Program-made: the position numbers and the translations under genes
The notes under the pieces: generated by a model
The model's input: the letters and a program-made list of their open reading frames with translations, nothing else
Told to the model about the DNA's origin: nothing
Database searches by the model: none
Origin: Candidatus Latescibacterota bacterium
GTDB taxonomy: Bacteria; Latescibacterota; UBA2968; UBA8231
DNA length: 64,000 bases
Assembly (NCBI GenBank): GCA_965208105.1
Contig: OZ242318.1
Location: 2,112,001 to 2,176,000, forward strand
Direction of reading: 5' to 3'
Shown: positions 48,773 to 59,240 of the stretch, piece by piece
How the letters are laid out: each line of letters starts with the position of its first letter
Position numbering within the stretch: the first letter of the stretch is position 1

Positions 48773-51136
48773 GCATTTGGACCAGCCGCAGTGTCTGCAG
48801 GTGAGACAACCCGCTTCGTGTGCAACCGTGGCCCCACATTCCGGACATGTGGTCAGGATTTTCCCCTCTCCACCCAGGTGCTGTCCAGGGGGAGCCTGCC
48901 CCTGATCTCCGGGAATCTGCAGTTCGCCGGAGCGCCGCTGCATATAGCGCTCCAGCGCCTTGCCGATGGCGTCCGGCGTGGAAAGGATGAGGTCGCCGTT
49001 CTCCCAGATCGGATTAGGACCTGAAATCCCCTTCAGCTCGCTGATGATTTCCTCCGGATCACACCCCGACCGCAAGGCCAGGGAAATCAATCGGCTGATG
49101 GCCTCGGACTGGGCGGCGGCATTGCCTCCCGCCTTGCCGATTGCACTGAAAACCTCGCACAAGCCTTTGTCATCCTCGTTGATGGTAACGTAGATATTGC
49201 CCTCACCTGTGCGAATCCGCTCGGTAACCCCGCTCGTGACGGTCGGACGCTGACGCCGGCGCAGCGGGGGCCTTACTCCCTCTTCCTCATTCTCCTTCTT
49301 TTCACCCTGCGAGGTTTCGGTCTGGAGGATACCCTGCCGGCTACCTTCCCGGTATACTGTCACCCCCTTCAGGCCCTCTTTGTAGGCCGTGATGTAGATG
49401 TCGGCCACCGTCTCGATCGGGATGTCTTCAGGCAGATTGATAGTGGATGAAATGCTGCTGTCGGTGTACTTCTGGATGACCCCCTGCATCTTGACGCGAA
49501 AGTAGGGATCGATCTGGTGCGCGCTCACCACGTACTCCGGAAGGTTCTCATCGTCGCCGAACACTTCTTTGATCAACGGGTGATAGACCTTGTACTCGCG
49601 GAAGGTTTCACCGTCGGCCTGCTTGACGCGCCGTTTGTAGCTGGTGCAGAAGATCGGCTCGATCCCCGAAGTGGTCTGGGCCACGATGGAACCCGTGCCA
49701 ACCGGGGGCATGGTAACCAGGGTGGAATTGCGCATTCCGAACTTTTCGATTTTTTCCTGGAGCTGCGCGGGCAGACTCTGAATAAACTTGCTCTTCGATA
49801 CCCCCTTCCAGTCAAAGACCGGGAAGGCACCCTTTTCCTGAGCCAGATCGATTGAAGTTTCATAGGCGCTGTAACAGACAGTCTGCACGATCCGGTCAAC
49901 GACCTCGAGCGCCTCGCTGGAGTCGTACTTGAGGCCCATGAGCACCAGGGCGTCGGCCAACCCCGTGATTCCAAGACCGACCCGGCGGTCCGAGGCCACG
50001 GCCTCGCGGATGACCGGCAGGGCGTGGCAGTCCATGTTGTATTCGATCACATTGTCGAGAAAGCGGGTTGCGAGCCGTGCGCTTTCGCCCAGGTCGTCGA
50101 AGTCGAAAGCACCGTCTTCCCCTACGAATTTGAGGAGGTTGAGATTGCCGAGGTTGCAGGCGGTATAGGACGCCAATGGCTGCTCTCCGCAGGGATTCGT
50201 GCTGGTGAGCGGATTGGCGTATTCGACATTGTGATGCTCCTTCATCGTGTCCCAGAAAATGATCCCCGGCTCGGCGCTGGAGTAGGCATTGGCGATGATC
50301 TTGTCCCACAACTCCCGCGCCCGGACTGTGCGAAACACCTTTCCATCCCAGCGCAAATCGAAGTCCCCGTCGTCGAACACGGCCTTCATGAATTCGTGGG
50401 TGATCAACACGCTGATATTGGCGTGCTGGACCTTGGTGCGGCCCGAGTCGTTTTTGATGGTGATGAAATCCTCGATGTCGGGGTGGTCCACCCGCAGAGT
50501 CAGCATGAGGGCGCCGCGACGGCCTGCCTGGGAGACCGCATTGGTGCTCTCACTCAGAAGGTTCATAAATGCGGTACACCCTGGCGATGAATCCACGGTA
50601 GCGTTGACCGGGGCTCCCTTGGGACGCAGGATCGACAAATCCGTGCCCACTCCACCCCCCGTCCGGTAGACCATGGCCGACTCGCTCAGGCAACGGTAGA
50701 TCCCCTCGAGGCTGTCTTCTTCAATCGGGATGACGTAACAGTTGGAAAGAGTGGGCTTCCGGCGCGCCTCCTCGCGGCCGGCTCCGTGCATTACGCGGCC
50801 GCCGGGAATGAATTTGAAGTCTATCAGCAGGGAAAAGAAGCGGCCGTACCAGTACTCCTTGTCAGCCTCGACGGAAGCCATCGCCCGGGCGACCCGATCC
50901 CACACCTGCAAGGGGCCTTTTTCTCCCGGAGCCAGGTATTTGTTGCGCAGAACATCGATAGCCAACTCGTTGTCGCCGTAATAGATTTCAGCATCGACCG
51001 AGCGCGCCAGCAATTCGTCATGGCCATTGCGTTCCAGCCCCCGGCCTTCCAGCTGTGCCAGCAAATCCTTAAGGGAATGGGAATTGGCTGGGGCATCAGA
51101 AGAACCAATGGCTCTCTGGGGGCGATCAAATGGCAT
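48770..51136 (-). CDS. nrdJ: Class II adenosylcobalamin-dependent ribonucleotide reductase
   Basis: TLSNCYV, RRGALM, TNPCGEQ, ACNLG, PPVGTGS, KGVTVYR, C-terminal TSCPD/Zn ribbon. Confidence 0.93.
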   Translation of the reverse strand: MPFDRPQRAIGSSDAPANSHSLKDLLAQLEGRGLERNGHDELLARSVDAEIYYGDNELAIDVLRNKYLAPGEKGPLQVWDRVARAMASVEADKEYWYGRFFSLLIDFKFIPGGRVMHGAGREEARRKPTLSNCYVIPIEEDSLEGIYRCLSESAMVYRTGGGVGTDLSILRPKGAPVNATVDSSPGCTAFMNLLSESTNAVSQAGRRGALMLTLRVDHPDIEDFITIKNDSGRTKVQHANISVLITHEFMKAVFDDGDFDLRWDGKVFRTVRARELWDKIIANAYSSAEPGIIFWDTMKEHHNVEYANPLTSTNPCGEQPLASYTACNLGNLNLLKFVGEDGAFDFDDLGESARLATRFLDNVIEYNMDCHALPVIREAVASDRRVGLGITGLADALVLMGLKYDSSEALEVVDRIVQTVCYSAYETSIDLAQEKGAFPVFDWKGVSKSKFIQSLPAQLQEKIEKFGMRNSTLVTMPPVGTGSIVAQTTSGIEPIFCTSYKRRVKQADGETFREYKVYHPLIKEVFGDDENLPEYVVSAHQIDPYFRVKMQGVIQKYTDSSISSTINLPEDIPIETVADIYITAYKEGLKGVTVYREGSRQGILQTETSQGEKKENEEEGVRPPLRRRQRPTVTSGVTERIRTGEGNIYVTINEDDKGLCEVFSAIGKAGGNAAAQSEAISRLISLALRSGCDPEEIISELKGISGPNPIWENGDLILSTPDAIGKALERYMQRRSGELQIPGDQGQAPPGQHLGGEGKILTTCPECGATVAHEAGCLTCRHCGWSKC

Positions 51137-51279
51137 GACACTCTCCCTTTGGTGACACTCTCGCTTTGGGCAAAAATAATCCCCGCCGTACCTGGGGAAG
51201 ATACGCAAAAAGTCGGGGAAATCCCTGTAAATGAAAGATATGCAGTGAGAACTGGAAAATACAGGCTGATTCTCCAGGA

Positions 51280-51366
51280 CCACACTATCTCAGGGCGTTA
51301 AATCTGCGACCTACAATATCTTGTAGGAAGCTCCCCTAAGATATCAGCCCATGCCGGGCTTGTCAA
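51280..51366 (-). promoter_or_regulatory. nrdJ promoter with tandem NrdR boxes
   Basis: TTGACA-N17-TATCTT (51366-51338); box CTACAATATCTTGTAG (51311) and a weaker box 31 bp away (51280). Confidence 0.75.
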
Positions 51367-51398
51367 GCAGTTTTTTCGCACCGCGGGGCGGGCCGGAC

Positions 51399-51848
51399 TC
51401 ACCGGGTCAATTGCTCCAATTCGCGCACGAAATCGCTCTTGTCCTTGAACTGGCGGTAGACGGAAGCGAAGCGCACATAGGCCACCTCGTTGAAATTGCG
51501 CAGGTGTTCCATGGTGCGTTCTCCAACCTCCTTGGAATCCACTTCCTTTTCCGACAGGTTTCCCAGTTCGGTCTCTATCCGGTCCACCAGCCCCTCGATC
51601 TGATCGACCGATACCGTAGTTTTGTAGCAGGCAAGGCGGATCTTCTCGAGCAACTTGCTGCGGTCGAAGGGTTCTCTCCGGCCATCGGCCTTGATGATGG
51701 TCAATGGCACATTTTCGATATATTCGTAGGTAGTGAACCGCCGGCTGCAATTGATGCACTCCCGCCGCCTCCGGATAGCCATGCCCTCCCGGCACGAACG
51801 AGAATCCACGACTTTATCGTCCTGATGACTGCAAAATGGGCAACGCAT
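51399..51848 (-). CDS. nrdR: Transcriptional repressor NrdR
   Basis: MRCPFC..DKVVDSR, IRRRREC..C..RFTTYE, VAYVRFASVY. Confidence 0.98.
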   Translation of the reverse strand: MRCPFCSHQDDKVVDSRSCREGMAIRRRRECINCSRRFTTYEYIENVPLTIIKADGRREPFDRSKLLEKIRLACYKTTVSVDQIEGLVDRIETELGNLSEKEVDSKEVGERTMEHLRNFNEVAYVRFASVYRQFKDKSDFVRELEQLTR

Positions 51849-52047
51849 GAGACAAAACCTCCAGCCCGCAACCAGAAGAGGGTGGTGGCAGGCACCAAGG
51901 AGTAGTTGAACAGTGGTGGGCTGTTCGGGGAGTAGTTCGGGGATTGGGTTGTGAAATAGAAGAAGGGGGAATTACCGGAGAATTTGCGCTTTTAGATATA
52001 AGGTAGAAAATCCGGGGGAATATGTCACCTTATTTTTGTTGTCCGTA

Positions 52048-52698
52048 TCATTTGAGTTTGAAAGTAAAGGGCAGGCTGACCCAGACTCGTACCGGCTTGT
52101 CGTTTTGCATGGCCGGCGAAAACACCCATTTCCATGCCGCGGCCTTTGCCGCCTCGTGAAATACCTCCGGTCCGGTTACCTTGCCGACCTGCTCGACCTT
52201 CCCGTCCTTGCCAACCAGAGCGAGGACGAAAACCCGGCCCTCGATGTTTGCCTTGAGTGCAATCTCCGGATAATCGGGCTTGGCGCTCTCAATCACCTCC
52301 GGCTGCTTCTCCACCTTCCACAACTCCACCACTTCCTCCTCCTCTTCCAACTCCACCTCTTGGAGCTCTTCGAGAGGTGGCGGTGGCAGCAGGTCGTCCA
52401 AGTCAAGGTCCAGGTCGGTTGTTTCTATGGTGGCATCGTCCGGCACGTTTGGATCTTCGGTCGCGATAGGCACTACCGGCCGAGGCGGCGGCGGCGGACG
52501 TCGTTCCTGGCGGGTTTCGGGGATCTCCTCCAGCTGAATGATAATCTGCTCTTGCTGCTTGGAGTAGGCGGAGACATCAATGTTGGGGAACAGGACAAAA
52601 ACGACCAAGTGCAGCAAGGCGGAAATCCCCACCGAAGTCCAGAATATCTTTCGGTAGCGGAGCTTCAAGTTGGCTTCGGGCTGCTTGCCGCGGATCAT
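52048..52698 (-). CDS. tonB: Energy transducer TonB
   Basis: TM helix, Pro-rich linker, YPEIA..ANIEG.V, W.FSPA. Confidence 0.9.
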   Translation of the reverse strand: MIRGKQPEANLKLRYRKIFWTSVGISALLHLVVFVLFPNIDVSAYSKQQEQIIIQLEEIPETRQERRPPPPPRPVVPIATEDPNVPDDATIETTDLDLDLDDLLPPPPLEELQEVELEEEEEVVELWKVEKQPEVIESAKPDYPEIALKANIEGRVFVLALVGKDGKVEQVGKVTGPEVFHEAAKAAAWKWVFSPAMQNDKPVRVWVSLPFTFKLK

Positions 52699-53108
52699 AG
52701 GTCCCGCTCCCTGTCGGTAGCGAAGTTGACTCGCAAGGCCTCCACCTTGCGCAGCTCCTGCAGAACATCGGAAATCAGGCCAAATTGCGCCCCACCGTCA
52801 CCCTTGATTGAAATAACCGTGCGAGGGTTTGCACGCATCTTGGCATGGATCATGGGTCCCACCTGGTCCAAAGGCACGTTCTGGTCGTCGATGTTGATGA
52901 TTCCTTGAGGGCCGACCCAGATGTTGGTCACATCCCGACGGCTCTCGAGCTTTTCTATCTTCTCGGCCGCGGGAAGATCGACCGGGATGCCTCGATAGCG
53001 CACGAAAACGGTCGATACCATGAAAAAGACCAGAAGCAGAAAGGAGATATCGGCCATCGACGCGGTTGGCACTGCACTGCCCACTCTGGATTTGCGTCCG
53101 AATTTCAC
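52695..53108 (-). CDS. exbD: Biopolymer transporter ExbD
   Basis: PTASMADISFLLLVFFMV. Confidence 0.9.
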   Translation of the reverse strand: MKFGRKSRVGSAVPTASMADISFLLLVFFMVSTVFVRYRGIPVDLPAAEKIEKLESRRDVTNIWVGPQGIINIDDQNVPLDQVGPMIHAKMRANPRTVISIKGDGGAQFGLISDVLQELRKVEALRVNFATDRERDL

Positions 53109-53111
53109 GGT

Positions 53112-53525
53112 CTACTCTTCCGGATTTGCAATCGAAATCCTCGTGGCTCCTGCCAGCTTGAGCTCGTCGAGGACGTCGACAAACATGCGGTAGGTTGCGC
53201 CGCGCTCGGATTTGACCGAGACGATCAGCTTGTCGTTCGCGGCGAGGCGCCTCTCGATCTCCGCCCTGAGGCCTGTAAACTCGATCGGGGTCAACTGAGC
53301 GTCTTCAAAGAAGGCAATCTGGTCGCGGGCATTGATCCAGATATTGCAGATGTTCTTCTGGGGAATTTCCTTGCTCTCGGATACAGGGGGCAACTGAAGG
53401 GACAGACCCTTGTCCTGGTTCATGGTGGTGGTCACCAGAAAGAATGCGATCAGCAAAAATGCGATGTCCGCCATTGAGGCGGTGGGAATTTCGGGCCCCA
53501 CCCGGCGTTCTCTGGTCTGCAGCAT
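53112..53525 (-). CDS. exbD: Biopolymer transporter ExbD (second copy)
   Basis: PTASMADIAFLLIAFFLVTT. Confidence 0.9.
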   Translation of the reverse strand: MLQTRERRVGPEIPTASMADIAFLLIAFFLVTTTMNQDKGLSLQLPPVSESKEIPQKNICNIWINARDQIAFFEDAQLTPIEFTGLRAEIERRLAANDKLIVSVKSERGATYRMFVDVLDELKLAGATRISIANPEE

Positions 53526-53529
53526 ACCT

Positions 53530-54150
53530 TTATTTCTCAGCCTGGCCCATCTCAGCGAGGACATCGACCAGCGCGGCGGTATGCTCCTGCATATCGGCGA
53601 TGATGCGGTCGATGCGCGAGGCGAAAAGGTTGTGGAAGAACTGAATGAGAATGCCCACGATCAGGCCCGAGGCTGTGGTTATGAGGGCCTCCGAAATACC
53701 TCCGGCAACTTCGGCGGGGACCACGTCCCCTCTCTGCTTGATGGCCTGGAAGGCATTGATCATACCACTGACCGTGCCCAGAAACCCGATCATGGGTGCG
53801 AGGTTGGCCACGGTCGAGAGCCACACCATGCCGCGTTCCAGAAACGCCATCTCGACAGCGCCTGCGTTCTCAATGGCCTTTTCCACATGGTCGATGCCGC
53901 GCTCCAGGCGCAGCAGGCCGGCGTGGATCACGGAAGCTACCGGTCCCTGAGTCTGGGAGCATAGCTCGGCTGCGCTGTCGGGCCCTTCGGATCTCAGCCT
54001 GCCCTCCAGGTCCTCGAAGAATTTCTCGGCGTTAATCGCCGCCTTCGAAAGGTTGTACAGCCGCTCGATGGTTATGGCGATGCCAAAAATGAGCAACACG
54101 AGCAGGGGCCACATGGCCCACCCACCGTCTTGGAAGAGTTGTAGTAACAT
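53530..54150 (-). CDS. exbB: MotA/TolQ/ExbB proton channel protein
   Basis: APMIGFLGTVSGMI, GISEALITTASGL. Confidence 0.92.
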   Translation of the reverse strand: MLLQLFQDGGWAMWPLLVLLIFGIAITIERLYNLSKAAINAEKFFEDLEGRLRSEGPDSAAELCSQTQGPVASVIHAGLLRLERGIDHVEKAIENAGAVEMAFLERGMVWLSTVANLAPMIGFLGTVSGMINAFQAIKQRGDVVPAEVAGGISEALITTASGLIVGILIQFFHNLFASRIDRIIADMQEHTAALVDVLAEMGQAEK

Positions 54151-54185
54151 TTTTCCTCCTTTACCCTACTGATTATCTATTTTAT

Positions 54186-55394
54186 CTATTCTTTATCTTC
54201 TCCATCTCCTCCGAAGAAAGCTTTTTTCAACTTCTCTTCTTCGGTCTCCGGAGGCCGGAGGTTCCAGATGCGCTGTTGCGCAATGCGCTCCCACTCGGGA
54301 TCTCTTCTGGCTATTTCGAATGCGGCCAGGGCCTCTTCTTCTGCCCCTTGGGAGGCCAAGGCGTCTCCCTTCAGCAACTGCAAATGAGCGTTGTCTCCAT
54401 CCAGCCGCAGACCGTGATCCAGTTTCTGCCATGCGGCCTTTCGATCGCCTTCGTTGAGGTGCCATTCCACCAATTTAGCCAGGGTTTCCAGGTCCCCGGG
54501 ATCTGCCCGGAACATCCCCTTCAAGCCCTCGAGTTTCATACTCTCGTCACCGTGCTCTTCGGCCAGGGAAACCATGCGGCTGTAGTATGAATGGCGATTC
54601 AAAGAATCGATCTGGACCAGTTGCATCAGTGTTTCGAAGGCGGCATCGACATCGCCCGTCTCCCGCTGCAGCTCGAATATTGACTCCAGAGTATTGACCC
54701 TCTGATTGACTCCCCTCTCCGAAGACGCGGTCCCCACCGAATCGGGCGCCTCCAGCAGACGCTTGCGCCAGACCAGGGACTGCTCCGCCTCCCCCAGGTC
54801 CCCATAGAGATCGGCAATCAACTTGACCAGTTCCCTGTTGCCCTCCTCGCCCTGGGCAAGCCGGACATAATGACTGGTGGCCAAGCGGATCTCTCCCTTG
54901 TGCTGATAATAGTCGGCCATCTTGCGGAGATACTTCGAGTCATCCGGACGCGCCACCAGTACCCGCTCGAGAAAATAGGCCGCCGAATCGGGCGGGGAGT
55001 CGCCAATCGCCGGGTCATGCTGGTAGTCGCCCTTGTATATCTCGTGGAGAAGGAGGTTGGAATTGACGTGCAGGGTGTCGATGGCCACGGCGCGATGGAG
55101 GGCATCCCGTGCCGCTTCGACGAACTCCTGCTTCTGGTCGGAGTCTATCGAATGGCCGCGGCTCTTTTGATAGTAGATCTGGCCGATGAAGAAATGCGCT
55201 TTATGGTCGCCCGGCCTGTATTTCAAATACTCCTGGTAATATTGCAGGGCTGTATCGTATTCCTTTTTCTGGCGCTTCGTCTTGGCCAAAAAGCGGTATT
55301 TGCGAATGGAATCGGCCTCGACCACTTCCGTTGCAGTGGAACTGCCCGCGAGTCCGACAGCAATTCCTATGATCAGCAAATACAACAAGCTCAT
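54186..55394 (-). CDS. Secreted tetratricopeptide-repeat protein
   Basis: Signal peptide; TPR-like helices (ALQYYQEYLKYRP..AHFFIG..Y). Confidence 0.8.
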   Translation of the reverse strand: MSLLYLLIIGIAVGLAGSSTATEVVEADSIRKYRFLAKTKRQKKEYDTALQYYQEYLKYRPGDHKAHFFIGQIYYQKSRGHSIDSDQKQEFVEAARDALHRAVAIDTLHVNSNLLLHEIYKGDYQHDPAIGDSPPDSAAYFLERVLVARPDDSKYLRKMADYYQHKGEIRLATSHYVRLAQGEEGNRELVKLIADLYGDLGEAEQSLVWRKRLLEAPDSVGTASSERGVNQRVNTLESIFELQRETGDVDAAFETLMQLVQIDSLNRHSYYSRMVSLAEEHGDESMKLEGLKGMFRADPGDLETLAKLVEWHLNEGDRKAAWQKLDHGLRLDGDNAHLQLLKGDALASQGAEEEALAAFEIARRDPEWERIAQQRIWNLRPPETEEEKLKKAFFGGDGEDKE

Positions 55395-55813
55395 AAATCG
55401 CGTTGCCCCAATCGGCTGAAAATTCCCCCTGAGGAAAATCTCGTTCTTCAGGGCGGAAATTCGTTCTAATATAGCAAATGGCGGCTTGCCGTGTCAACAC
55501 GGGTCAAGAGCTCACCACATTCCAATTGTGGTATGTCGAACCTTACTGGAGCAATGTTACAGGTCCGTTTCAGGCTGGTGACTCATGCGCAACAATCTTC
55601 TGCCATCCGCTGCCGCCTGACGGTCCTCACCGGACGCCTGCTTCAGGCCACGCCATGCCCGGGAATGGTTCCCCTGGGCCGACCCCGGGGAAAGGCCCGA
55701 TCCGGCTGCAAGTTGCCGCGCCGCCGAGGCCCCGTTCCTTGACAGCTGCGCTTCCCAGACTCAATTTTTCGAAGAAGTTCGTGGAATCCGGTGTCTCACA
55801 AGGGGATCAGAAC

Positions 55814-56401
55814 ATGAAAATGGAGGTGTTCAAGTCACGGGAAAACCAGCGCGTCCGGCAGATCGTCGCTGGCGATATGGAGGCCTTCCGCGGCCTGGTT
55901 CAGGATTACCACCCACTGGCCTACGACCTGGCCTTCAAGACCCTGAACGATAGTCAAGATGCAGAGGAAGTCGTCCAGGATGCCTTCGTCAAAATCCATC
56001 GGGCTCTCGGCGGTTTTCGGGGCGAGGCCGCTCTCAAGACCTGGATCCTGCGAATCGTCTTGCGCCTGAGCCTGAACCGGCGGCGCGACCGCGCCCGCAG
56101 CTCCTGGCAGCGCCTGGGATTGCACCTGGGTGAAGATGGAGAAACCCGGGATACGGCGACGGTGCCCAATCCCGAGACTCTGTGCATCTCCAGGGAGACC
56201 AGGCAGCTTCTGCTGAGTTGGATCGACGAGTTGCCTGATCATCTGCGCCAGGTCCTCGTCCTGAACAGTCTGGAGGAGCTCTCCTACGAAGAAATTGCGC
56301 GCATTCTGCAAATTCCATTGGGCACCGTGAGTTCGCGCATCTATACGGCCCGCAAGAAGCTTCTGAACCAACTCGAGCAGCATAAGTTGCTGAGTCTGTG
56401 A
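55814..56401 (+). CDS. ECF sigma-70 factor
   Basis: DAEEVVQDAF, KTWILRI, LSYEEIA.IL.IPLGTVSSRI. Confidence 0.92.
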   Translation: MKMEVFKSRENQRVRQIVAGDMEAFRGLVQDYHPLAYDLAFKTLNDSQDAEEVVQDAFVKIHRALGGFRGEAALKTWILRIVLRLSLNRRRDRARSSWQRLGLHLGEDGETRDTATVPNPETLCISRETRQLLLSWIDELPDHLRQVLVLNSLEELSYEEIARILQIPLGTVSSRIYTARKKLLNQLEQHKLLSL

Positions 56402-56512
56402 AAACGCAAATTACCCTTGTCCGCGACACGAGCGAGGAATCCCGTCGGAACCTCCGCCTGGGCACCGCCAATCCGGCCTATTCCTTCCTTTCACCATCGT
56501 AGAGGTAAACTA

Positions 56513-56884
56513 ATGCAGGCTCCGTGGCAGAAACGCAAGACAGAGCGTCGGCTATCCGCCTATATTGACGGAGAGCTGGACGAGAGCGAAGCCGCAGAGG
56601 TGAGAGATCGACTCGTCTTCGATCCAAGCTTCTGCGACCGCATGCAGCGCTATGAGCAGGTCGGCTCCCTCGCCAACGCCGCCCTCGCTCCAGCACAACC
56701 TCCCGATTCGCGCGCCTTTGCCGCCCGTCTCATGGATGCCCTGCATGCGGATCCGGGCTACGACGCCATCGTCTCCGAGCCGTCATCCCCCAGCATGCTC
56801 AGACCCGCCCTCCTGGCTTCCGCCGGAATCCTCCTGACCGCAGGCCTGGCCTTTGCAGGATTGCGGCGTCGCAACCTGATTTGA
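56513..56884 (+). CDS. Anti-sigma factor-like membrane protein
   Basis: LSAYIDGEL motif, C-terminal TM helix, directly downstream of the ECF sigma. Confidence 0.8.
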   Translation: MQAPWQKRKTERRLSAYIDGELDESEAAEVRDRLVFDPSFCDRMQRYEQVGSLANAALAPAQPPDSRAFAARLMDALHADPGYDAIVSEPSSPSMLRPALLASAGILLTAGLAFAGLRRRNLI

Positions 56885-56897
56885 GAGGATCGATTCC

Positions 56898-57794
56898 ATG
56901 AACTGGTTCGAGAGGATGAAGAAGGGATTCAAGTCCCGGATCAAGCGCGAGATCTCCGACAATATCTGGAACAAGTGCACCGGGTGCGGCCACACCAGCT
57001 ACAAAAACACCCTGGAGCGCAATCACTGGATCTGTCCCCAATGCGGCCACTACTTCAGCATGGGGCACGGAGACTACGTCGATCTTCTCGTCGACGCTGG
57101 CTCTTTCGTGGAACTCGACCCCGGCATTAGCGCCGCCGATCCTCTGGGGTTCAAGGACGACAAGCGCTACATCGACCGCATCAAGGCAAGCAAAAAGGCC
57201 AGTGGAATGAACGAGGCGGTCCACACGGGAACGGGACGCATCGGCGGTCATCCCGTAGCCCTGGGCATCATGGACACTCGATTCATCATGGGCAGCCTGG
57301 GAGGCGCAACAGGTGAAAAGATCGTTCGCCTCATCGACAGGGCCATTGCCGATCGCCGCACTCTGATCCTGCTGTCGCAATCGGGAGGTGCGCGCATGCA
57401 GGAAAGCGCCTATTCCCTGATGCAGATGGCCAAGATAAGCGCAAAACTGCACCAGTTGGCGAACGAGGGCCTGCCCTATATCTCCATTTTGACCGATCCC
57501 ACCTACGGAGGCGTCACGGCCAGCTTCGGCATGCTGGGCGACGTCATCATTGCCGAACCTGGAGCCCGAATCGGGTTTGCAGGCCAGTCGGTCATCAAAC
57601 AGTTTCTCAACACCGAATCGCTGCCATCCGGCTTCCAGATCGCAGAGACGGTTCTCGACCACGGATTCATCGACTGCATAGTGGGACGCAAGGAAATGGC
57701 AGCGACCCTCGCCCGGATCATTGCGCTGCTAGCTCCTAAGGGAAAGGGCTCCCGTCCGGCCTTGGCGGGTAAGGCCGCCCCGACTGGTTCCTGA
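56898..57794 (+). CDS. accD: Acetyl-CoA carboxylase carboxyltransferase beta subunit
   Basis: W.KC..C...C..C, FIMGSLG...GEK, SGGARMQE, PTYGGVTASF. Confidence 0.97.
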   Translation: MNWFERMKKGFKSRIKREISDNIWNKCTGCGHTSYKNTLERNHWICPQCGHYFSMGHGDYVDLLVDAGSFVELDPGISAADPLGFKDDKRYIDRIKASKKASGMNEAVHTGTGRIGGHPVALGIMDTRFIMGSLGGATGEKIVRLIDRAIADRRTLILLSQSGGARMQESAYSLMQMAKISAKLHQLANEGLPYISILTDPTYGGVTASFGMLGDVIIAEPGARIGFAGQSVIKQFLNTESLPSGFQIAETVLDHGFIDCIVGRKEMAATLARIIALLAPKGKGSRPALAGKAAPTGS

Positions 57795-57895
57795 AGATCT
57801 CCAATGGCGCCAGTGGTCGAAGTGTGGTGGCTGATGCAACCGGCACTGAACTGCCAGGTGAAATCGGCTCCCCGGCCTCCAGGAGGGAATCTTCA

Positions 57896-59230
57896 TCAGA
57901 AGATGTTGCGGTACTTCAGACCCAGATAGACCTGCTCGGCGGAAAAACCCAGGTCCGCGCGAATTACGAAGTCAGAATTCCAGTAAACCCTCATCCCCAT
58001 CCCCACCGTCCTCTGCATTCCCCTCGGAGTCAGGCGATCCAGGTCCGGCCATACCCTCCCCAAATCCAAAAAGGAAACCCCGTGCCACTCGAAATACTGC
58101 TTGAAGGCCCTCGTGCTGAAAAGTTGACAGCGCAATTCAGTGTTGGAAAAAAAACGGACATCATCGGTAAACCGCTGCCGGTCAAACCCTCGGAGTGAAT
58201 CGCTGCCACCCAGTCCCTTTACCCTCCTGCTTCCCCCGACCTCTCCATAAGCGTACAGGGGCACCGAACCATTGAGAACTTCAAAAACCGATCGATGGGC
58301 AAGGTTGAGACGCCGTGAAAGGGGGAAATAGCGCGCGTCCGTAATGGTATACCTCCTGAAGTCGATCTCTTCGAAGATCAGGGCCAGGAGGGAATTGCGC
58401 GAGTTCTCGTAGGACCATTCGTGAAAGACGCCCTTGCGCGCAACGGCGTCGTCGTCGCGGGTATCCCAGTTGAAGGTGAGGCTTCCGAAGCTGGTAAATC
58501 CATCTTTTACCCCGTCCGGGGTGCCTTCCTCGACGTAGAAGGACCTGCGGCCGCGCCTGCTGACCTTGGTTCGCTCGATACCCACTCCAATGGACATGGA
58601 AACCGGGCCACCGAGGTGCCGCAGCAGATTGAAGATGAATCGCGGTGCCTCGAGATTGTAGTGGTAGTAGTTCTCGTCCCTGAAATCCGGGTGATTGCGG
58701 TCAAGGTAGCGCTGGTTTAACCTGCTTTTGTTGCCAAGTCCATAGTAGCGGGTGCGTATGTCGTTTCTGAAGCTGGCCAGCAATTGTACTCCGAAGCCCG
58801 TCCCTGAGATTCGCGGTACCCTTATCCGGTAGTAGAACCTCGCGTCCCCCTCTTCGGAACGCAGGGTGTACAGGGTCATCTTGTAGCGATAGGGCCGGCG
58901 GCGGTAGTCCGCCCACTGCAGACGCCCACCATAATTCCACCCCGTGTTGGGGCTGAAGTAGACAATGGGAAGCCCGGTGAATCCATAGGGCACCCCGTTG
59001 ATGGAAAACTGCCGTCGCCGGGCCATCCAGCGCACCATGTCCGCGGTCTGCTCGGTCACCGCCAGCGGGGCCTTCGTCAAGGTGGCCGCCAAGGCCTCCT
59101 CCCGTCGAACGGAGTCTTCCCGAGCTTCTTCACCCGTCCCCGGGTTGACCCAGAGGAAAGGTGACAGAACCAGGATCATCCACGGCCTTCTGTGACTCGG
59201 CGGTCCTTTCTGCACCTCGACCTTCCTCAA
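57896..59230 (-). CDS. BamA/TamA (Omp85-like) outer-membrane protein
   Basis: WDTRDD, LGG..SLRGF...RF, ELR, FLDLGRVW, terminal Phe. Confidence 0.85.
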   Translation of the reverse strand: MRKVEVQKGPPSHRRPWMILVLSPFLWVNPGTGEEAREDSVRREEALAATLTKAPLAVTEQTADMVRWMARRRQFSINGVPYGFTGLPIVYFSPNTGWNYGGRLQWADYRRRPYRYKMTLYTLRSEEGDARFYYRIRVPRISGTGFGVQLLASFRNDIRTRYYGLGNKSRLNQRYLDRNHPDFRDENYYHYNLEAPRFIFNLLRHLGGPVSMSIGVGIERTKVSRRGRRSFYVEEGTPDGVKDGFTSFGSLTFNWDTRDDDAVARKGVFHEWSYENSRNSLLALIFEEIDFRRYTITDARYFPLSRRLNLAHRSVFEVLNGSVPLYAYGEVGGSRRVKGLGGSDSLRGFDRQRFTDDVRFFSNTELRCQLFSTRAFKQYFEWHGVSFLDLGRVWPDLDRLTPRGMQRTVGMGMRVYWNSDFVIRADLGFSAEQVYLGLKYRNIF

Positions 59231-59240
59231 TGCCGGCTCA

